Source: an uncultured Bacteroidota bacterium (GTDB lineage Bacteria; Bacteroidota; Bacteroidia; UKL13-3). Taken from it: a DNA stretch of 64,000 nucleotides. Every line of letters begins with the position of its first letter. The stretch's first letter is position 1. The stretch spans positions 37 through 64,036 of the forward strand of contig CAINMV010000034.1 of NCBI GenBank assembly GCA_903850915.1. The letters run 5' to 3'. The notes below the pieces were generated by a model. It was not told where the DNA came from, searched no databases, and worked only from the letters and a program-made list of their open reading frames with translations. Positions 59,429 to 64,000 of the stretch are shown here, one piece after another. The translations under genes were made by a program, and so were the position numbers.

Positions 59429-60544
59429 ATGAATAAAGACATTTCAGATGATGAAAAGGTAAAACGTATAGCCTTGAAAATGATACCGATGGTTGGCGAT
59501 GTAGTCGCTAAAAGCCTCACCTCCTATTTTGGAAGTGCCACTTCCATTTTCAAATCAAAAGCATCGCTACTGCAAAAAATACCTGGTATTGGCAACGTTA
59601 CTGCAACAAACATCGCAGCATTTAAAAACTTTGAACTCGCCGAAAAGGAGCTTGCCTTTATTACAAAACACAATATTGAAACCTACTTTTTCACGGAGGA
59701 TAACTACCCATTCCGATTAAAGCAACTTGCCGACTCCCCATACCTGTTTTATTTTCGTGGCAAGGCCGACCTCAACCATACCAAAATCATAAGTGTTGTT
59801 GGAACCCGCGCTGCCACAGATTATGGGAAACGCTTTTGCAACGAATTAATTGAGGCACTTGCACCCCATCAAGTAATGGTTGTTAGTGGCCTTGCCTACG
59901 GTATAGATATTACAGCGCACAAGGCTGCAATTAAAAACAAGCTACCAACAATAGGTGTGCTAGCGCATGGTTTAGATAGATTATACCCATCGAGCCACAA
60001 GAGCGTTGCCATTAATATGATAGAACATGGCGGCGTATTAAGTGAGTATAGAAGTGGCACGCCCCCAGATCGAGAGAATTTCCCGGAGCGCAATCGTATT
60101 GTTGCCGGCATGAGCGATGCTGTGATTGTAGTTGAAGCTGCCATTAAAGGAGGAGCGTTGATAACAGCCGAATATGGCAATAGCTACAATAAAGATGTCT
60201 TTGCTTTACCTGGTCGCAACACCGATGAATTTAGTGCAGGATGCAATAAATTAATTAAAACTAATAAAGCAGCTTTGATCACCTCAGCCGACGACTTAAT
60301 TTACATTATGGGGTGGGAGCAGCATAAGAAAAGCAAAAAGAGCAAACAAGCCACTTTGCTCTTAAATTTAACACCTTTGGAGCAGCTTATCATCGACCAA
60401 CTTACGTTGCATGAGCGCATACATATTGACCTTTTAACGCATCAATGTAAGACACCCAATAGTGAATTAGCTCTAATTTTGCTTAATCTAGAGTTTAATG
60501 GAATTGTAAAGTCGTTGCCAGGAAATTATTATATGCGGACTTAG
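59429..60544 (+). CDS. dprA: DNA-processing protein DprA
   Basis: Rossmann-like DprA core (GTRAAT...GLAYGID). In-frame ATG at 59429. Confidence 0.85.
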   Translation: MNKDISDDEKVKRIALKMIPMVGDVVAKSLTSYFGSATSIFKSKASLLQKIPGIGNVTATNIAAFKNFELAEKELAFITKHNIETYFFTEDNYPFRLKQLADSPYLFYFRGKADLNHTKIISVVGTRAATDYGKRFCNELIEALAPHQVMVVSGLAYGIDITAHKAAIKNKLPTIGVLAHGLDRLYPSSHKSVAINMIEHGGVLSEYRSGTPPDRENFPERNRIVAGMSDAVIVVEAAIKGGALITAEYGNSYNKDVFALPGRNTDEFSAGCNKLIKTNKAALITSADDLIYIMGWEQHKKSKKSKQATLLLNLTPLEQLIIDQLTLHERIHIDLLTHQCKTPNSELALILLNLEFNGIVKSLPGNYYMRT

Positions 60545-60675
60545 TTAACCTTTCCGCCCCTATCTATTGGATTGTTACCGTAACTAAAATCTGCAAATAG
60601 AATTTTCATTTTGAATTCTACAGCGCCTGAATGCAAAAGGAGTCGTATATAAATCCTATACTCGTTTTTTTTTAT

Positions 60676-60683
60676 TATTTTTG
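60676..60683 (+). promoter_or_regulatory. -7 box TATTTTTG within ttattatttttgc, 11 bp upstream of tRNA-Arg
   Basis: Same 13-mer as upstream of tRNA-Leu. Confidence 0.4.
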
Positions 60684-60693
60684 CATACCAATC

Positions 60694-60767
60694 GGTCTCA
60701 TAGCTCAACCGGATAGAGCACCGGTTTTCTAAACCGGGGGTTACAGGTTCGATCCCTGTTGGGACTA
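60694..60767 (+). tRNA. tRNA-Arg (anticodon TCT)
   Basis: Hand-folded. Acceptor GGTCTCA/TGGGACT (two G-U pairs). Anticodon stem CCGGT/ACCGG with loop TTTCTAA. T-arm ACAGGTTCGATCCCTGT. Confidence 0.8.
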
Positions 60768-60772
60768 CTGAA

Positions 60773-60800
60773 AAGCCTTGCAGTTTGCAAGGCTTTTTTT
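60773..60800 (+). terminator. rho-independent terminator after tRNA-Arg
   Basis: 10-bp stem AAGCCTTGCA/TGCAAGGCTT followed by a T7 run. Confidence 0.75.
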
Positions 60801-61002
60801 GTTTAAATGCTCTTATTCAACCGATAAATAGTAATGCCAACAGCCATCTCCCGATTTCTAAATAATAACCTATCTTTGCCTATAGCTTCATAAGTAAGGA
60901 ACTTGAAATATAAATTAGGGACTTCCGATCCTTTCCGTATCGTAAATACTCCCTCAATTAATATTCTCTGTCTTCTATCTCTAACTAATTACATTTTCAC
61001 TT

Positions 61003-62229
61003 TTGACATTCAACGATTTTAATTTCGACGCAAAAATACTTGAAGGGCTTGATGCTATGGGTTATTCACAGCCAACCCCGATTCAAGAACAAGCTATCCC
61101 GGTAATTTTACAAAACAAAGATATTATTGCTTGTGCTCAGACAGGTACCGGTAAAACAGCGGCCTATATCTTGCCTATCCTTCAAAAAATATTACATACA
61201 AAACACCGTCATCTCAATACTCTTGTGATTGCCCCCACGCGTGAATTAGCCCAGCAAATAGACCAACAGATTGAAGGCTTTGCCTATTTTGTTGGCGTTA
61301 GCTCCATCCCCGTTTATGGTGGTGGGGATGGTGCTACTTGGGACATGCAAAAGAAGGCCATGGTAAACGGTGCTGATATCATTGTTGCTACTCCTGGTCG
61401 CCTTTTGTCGCAACTGCAATCGGGCTCTATGATTCTTGAACACCTCGAATGCTTGGTGCTTGATGAAGCCGACCGCATGCTCGATATGGGCTTTTATGAC
61501 GATATTATTCGTATTATGAAGTTCCTTCCAGATACTCGCCAAACTTTATTGTTTTCGGCAACCATGCCGCCTAAAATTAGAGCGCTAGCGGCAAAAACAT
61601 TGAAAGAACCTGAACAAATAAATATAGCCATCTCCAAGCCTGCAGAAGGCATTTTGCAACAGGCTTATTTGGTTTACGATAGCCAAAAATTATCGTTGAT
61701 AAAAAACATTTTGAAATACGGCAAGTTTGAAAGTGTCATTGTTTTTGCTTCTACCAAGGAAAACGTAAAAAAACTGGACCTAGAACTTCATCGCGCTGGA
61801 ATAAAAGTTAAAGCATTCCATTCCGACCTTGAACAGCCGGAACGCGAAGCCATCATGCGTGAATTTAAAAGCAAACAATTGCCCGTAATCATTGGCACCG
61901 ATATACTTTCAAGAGGCATCGATGTTGAGGGTATTGATCTTGTGGTAAACTTCGACTCACCTAGAGACCCAGAGGATTACGTGCATCGCATCGGGCGCAC
62001 TGCTCGTGCACAAACTACAGGCACCGCCATTACATTTATTAATGATAAAGATCAATTCTACTTTTCTAATATTGAAAACCTCATTGGTTATTCAATTCCT
62101 AAACTAGAACTTCCTGAAGGATTTAGTGAAGGTCCAAAATACCAACCTGAAGTACGACCTAAAAAAACATTCGGAGGCAAACCTCCATTTAAGGGAAACA
62201 AAAAACCTGGCGGCTTCAAGAAACAATAG
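61003..62229 (+). CDS. DEAD-box ATP-dependent RNA helicase with basic C-terminal tail
   Basis: Q-motif and motifs I (AQTGTGKT), II (DEAD) and III (SAT). Confidence 0.9.
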   Translation: MTFNDFNFDAKILEGLDAMGYSQPTPIQEQAIPVILQNKDIIACAQTGTGKTAAYILPILQKILHTKHRHLNTLVIAPTRELAQQIDQQIEGFAYFVGVSSIPVYGGGDGATWDMQKKAMVNGADIIVATPGRLLSQLQSGSMILEHLECLVLDEADRMLDMGFYDDIIRIMKFLPDTRQTLLFSATMPPKIRALAAKTLKEPEQINIAISKPAEGILQQAYLVYDSQKLSLIKNILKYGKFESVIVFASTKENVKKLDLELHRAGIKVKAFHSDLEQPEREAIMREFKSKQLPVIIGTDILSRGIDVEGIDLVVNFDSPRDPEDYVHRIGRTARAQTTGTAITFINDKDQFYFSNIENLIGYSIPKLELPEGFSEGPKYQPEVRPKKTFGGKPPFKGNKKPGGFKKQ

Positions 62230-62275
62230 CACGATTTCACTTCGTTGGTAATTCCGTAAATAATATTAGAAGTCG

Positions 62276-62761
62276 TTAAAGATTAAGCTTAGTTATGGTA
62301 TCGCGAAAATCATACTGCAAATCTTCATGCATTTTATTGATTGCCGCATTCATCTTTTTATAATTTTGAGCATAAATATTGCCAACCACCGAATTTTCAA
62401 TCATGGACAATCCGGATGACTTGAGTTTAAAACAAAAGTGTAAAAGCAACGCCGCTTCTACATTAACTGAATTTGAGAATCGAATAAATTTATTAACCGA
62501 GCGCAATGCCTTTCGTAACGTTTTTTTAGCTAGATACATTTGACTTGAGTTTAAACTTGTAAATTCTGTGTCCATCTGAAGTTTTGCGTTTTTTATAAAT
62601 TCGGTTTCCTTTTCAGCACTGAAAAGCAAATAACCAAGCAGCTCTTTATTTTCCTTTTTAAACTTGGCCATTCGCAGACACAGATTTACTAACTGCTCAG
62701 GAGAACAGGCCTTTAACTCGCTTTTTATTTCTTGTAATGAAGCTATTTCCATGGAAAGCAC
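62276..62761 (-). CDS. hypothetical protein (alpha-helical, no recognised motif)
   Basis: ORF only. Confidence 0.4.
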   Translation of the reverse strand: MLSMEIASLQEIKSELKACSPEQLVNLCLRMAKFKKENKELLGYLLFSAEKETEFIKNAKLQMDTEFTSLNSSQMYLAKKTLRKALRSVNKFIRFSNSVNVEAALLLHFCFKLKSSGLSMIENSVVGNIYAQNYKKMNAAINKMHEDLQYDFRDTITKLNL

Positions 62762-62878
62762 TCAATTTATAGTAAAGCGAAAAGATAAATTAAAAAACAA
62801 TAACTAATAAAGTTATAAAAGCACGCGTATGCTTAACTTTTTCATCTCTATTGAGCATGATAATTCAAAACTGATCAT

Positions 62879-62908
62879 AAAAAAAGCACCTCAAAGAATT
62901 GAGGTGCT
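62879..62908 (-). terminator. rho-independent terminator for the minus-strand lipoprotein gene
   Basis: Hairpin GCACCTCAA/TTGAGGTGC with a T7 run on the minus strand. Confidence 0.7.
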
Positions 62909-62928
62909 TTAAATTTAGTTTATTAAAC

Positions 62929-63609
62929 TTACTGATGGCTGAACACACGCAATGCTGTTCCAAAACTAGGATTACGAACAACCCACTCGATGGTTGTATC
63001 ACTTGACATTTTACGAACTTTAGCAGTAGTTAAAGAAATTTCACCTGCTAACCATGGTTGAAATGGAGCTAAGAGTGAACTATCGTTTAACTGTACAAAA
63101 TACGTATCGAATAAGAACTGTGGATTCGCAGTAACCGGGTTGCTACCTGCTAAGGCAACACCTCCGGCATTATCTGTTTTGTAGATACCACGAGTTACTT
63201 TTGATACATTCATTGGACCATTCGTACCTGTACGGCGATAGAATCCACTGATATCTTCAGTAGCAGAGATATTGGTAACTGCAACAAAACGAGTTGTAAC
63301 GGTTTCAAAACCTTTATCGTTCTTAACACGATATACTACAGGGTATAATCCAGGTGTAGAAGCATCTACACCACTTGCATCGAAGCTCACTCCGCCTACA
63401 ACAGTGTACATGGTATCCTTAGCGGTTGCGCCCTGGTCGGTATAAGTTCCACCAACATTGATGGATACATATTGAGGGCCATTTAATTTGATTTCAGGTG
63501 CAGAAACTCGCAACGATTCACTTACGCTATCCGTTGTAACCTTCTTACACGCTGCTATTGAAATAATAGCAAATGCTACAATTCCTAAAATTATTTGATT
63601 ACGTTTCAT
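62929..63609 (-). CDS. small surface lipoprotein, probable PUL accessory protein (SusE/F-like position)
   Basis: Lipobox IAAC. It sits immediately downstream of a SusD-like gene. Confidence 0.5.
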   Translation of the reverse strand: MKRNQIILGIVAFAIISIAACKKVTTDSVSESLRVSAPEIKLNGPQYVSINVGGTYTDQGATAKDTMYTVVGGVSFDASGVDASTPGLYPVVYRVKNDKGFETVTTRFVAVTNISATEDISGFYRRTGTNGPMNVSKVTRGIYKTDNAGGVALAGSNPVTANPQFLFDTYFVQLNDSSLLAPFQPWLAGEISLTTAKVRKMSSDTTIEWVVRNPSFGTALRVFSHQ

Positions 63610-63634
63610 GATATATTTTTTAATTAATTTTAAA

Positions 63635-64000
63635 TTATTTCTGATCCCACCATACTTTTGTGGTTATTGTTTTATTGGCCGGCATATTTGGGTTTCTTGT
63701 AGCTTCTACCGAAGGGTAGACAAAACGGGCAGGGAAATTTCCGGCACCCAATTGAGAAGAAGCAGAAGTTGCTAGGAATGATGGATACTTAGTTCTACGG
63801 AATTCTGTCCATGCTTCAAACCCTTGAGTTCCGCACATAGAATACCATTTTTCAGTAGCGATTTTCTCTGCTTTTTGACTCATTGTACCGGTAGCAGGAA
63901 ATGCTGCAGAAGCGGCTATATATGCCGTTGCATCAGCAGCAGTGAATCCCCATCTAGCAAAACCAGCCTTGATACCTGCTTCATAATATGCTTTAGCATC
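63635..64000 (-). CDS. RagB/SusD-family nutrient-binding outer-membrane lipoprotein, C-terminal part only (gene runs off the window)
   Basis: The frame continues open to the window edge upstream of the ORF-track Met. The C-terminal pattern W..GFEAWTEFRRTKYP...YP.SE...N is typical of SusD ends. Confidence 0.6.
   Translation of the reverse strand, partial: DAKAYYEAGIKAGFARWGFTAADATAYIAASAAFPATGTMSQKAEKIATEKWYSMCGTQGFEAWTEFRRTKYPSFLATSASSQLGAGNFPARFVYPSVEATRNPNMPANKTITTKVWWDQK

Noticed and set aside
1-64000. CRISPR arrays, restriction-modification, toxin-antitoxin or other defence systems
   Set aside because: No short regularly spaced repeats were seen. No ORF carries nuclease, methylase, integrase or transposase signatures.

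Overview
This 64-kb window looks like a Bacteroidota chromosome segment, probably Flavobacteriia-like, judged from sequence alone. It is AT-rich, carries TAnnTTTG-type -7 promoter boxes and has no Shine-Dalgarno sequences. Several proteins end in type-IX-secretion C-terminal sorting domains, and a SusD-family gene fragment sits at the right edge. Most of the window is densely packed core metabolism. This includes topoisomerase IV parE/parC, mnmA, trxA, the aroB-aroA-aroC run, pabB, DAHP synthase, guaA, cmk, tdk, kdsB, tsaC, frr, dprA, a DEAD-box helicase, mtgA, and thiL. There are three tRNAs: Leu-GAG, Lys-TTT and Arg-TCT. I found no CRISPR array, integrase, transposase or obvious defence system. 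The non-housekeeping content falls in four places. First, a 5' cluster of three tandem lipoproteins built from PSCyt1-like c-type cytochrome modules, two of which have a non-canonical CX4CH site, followed by an OB-fold protein, a YceI-family protein and a putative beta-barrel protein. Second, a five-gene operon of two SGNH/GDSL hydrolases, an MBOAT acyltransferase, a small periplasmic protein and a di-haem cytochrome c peroxidase (a PatA/PatB- or AlgI/J/X-like O-acylation module fused to an MbnP/MbnH-like redox pair). This is my best candidate for an undescribed system. Third, a T9SS cargo island directly 3' of tRNA-Lys: a 1545-aa beta-helix adhesin with tandem Ig-like repeats, then a conserved hypothetical, then an M43 metzincin. 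Fourth, smaller items including selU (mnmH), an ACMSD-like decarboxylase and a DUF4270 pair. Product calls rest on recognised motifs and remembered family signatures and were not database-verified.
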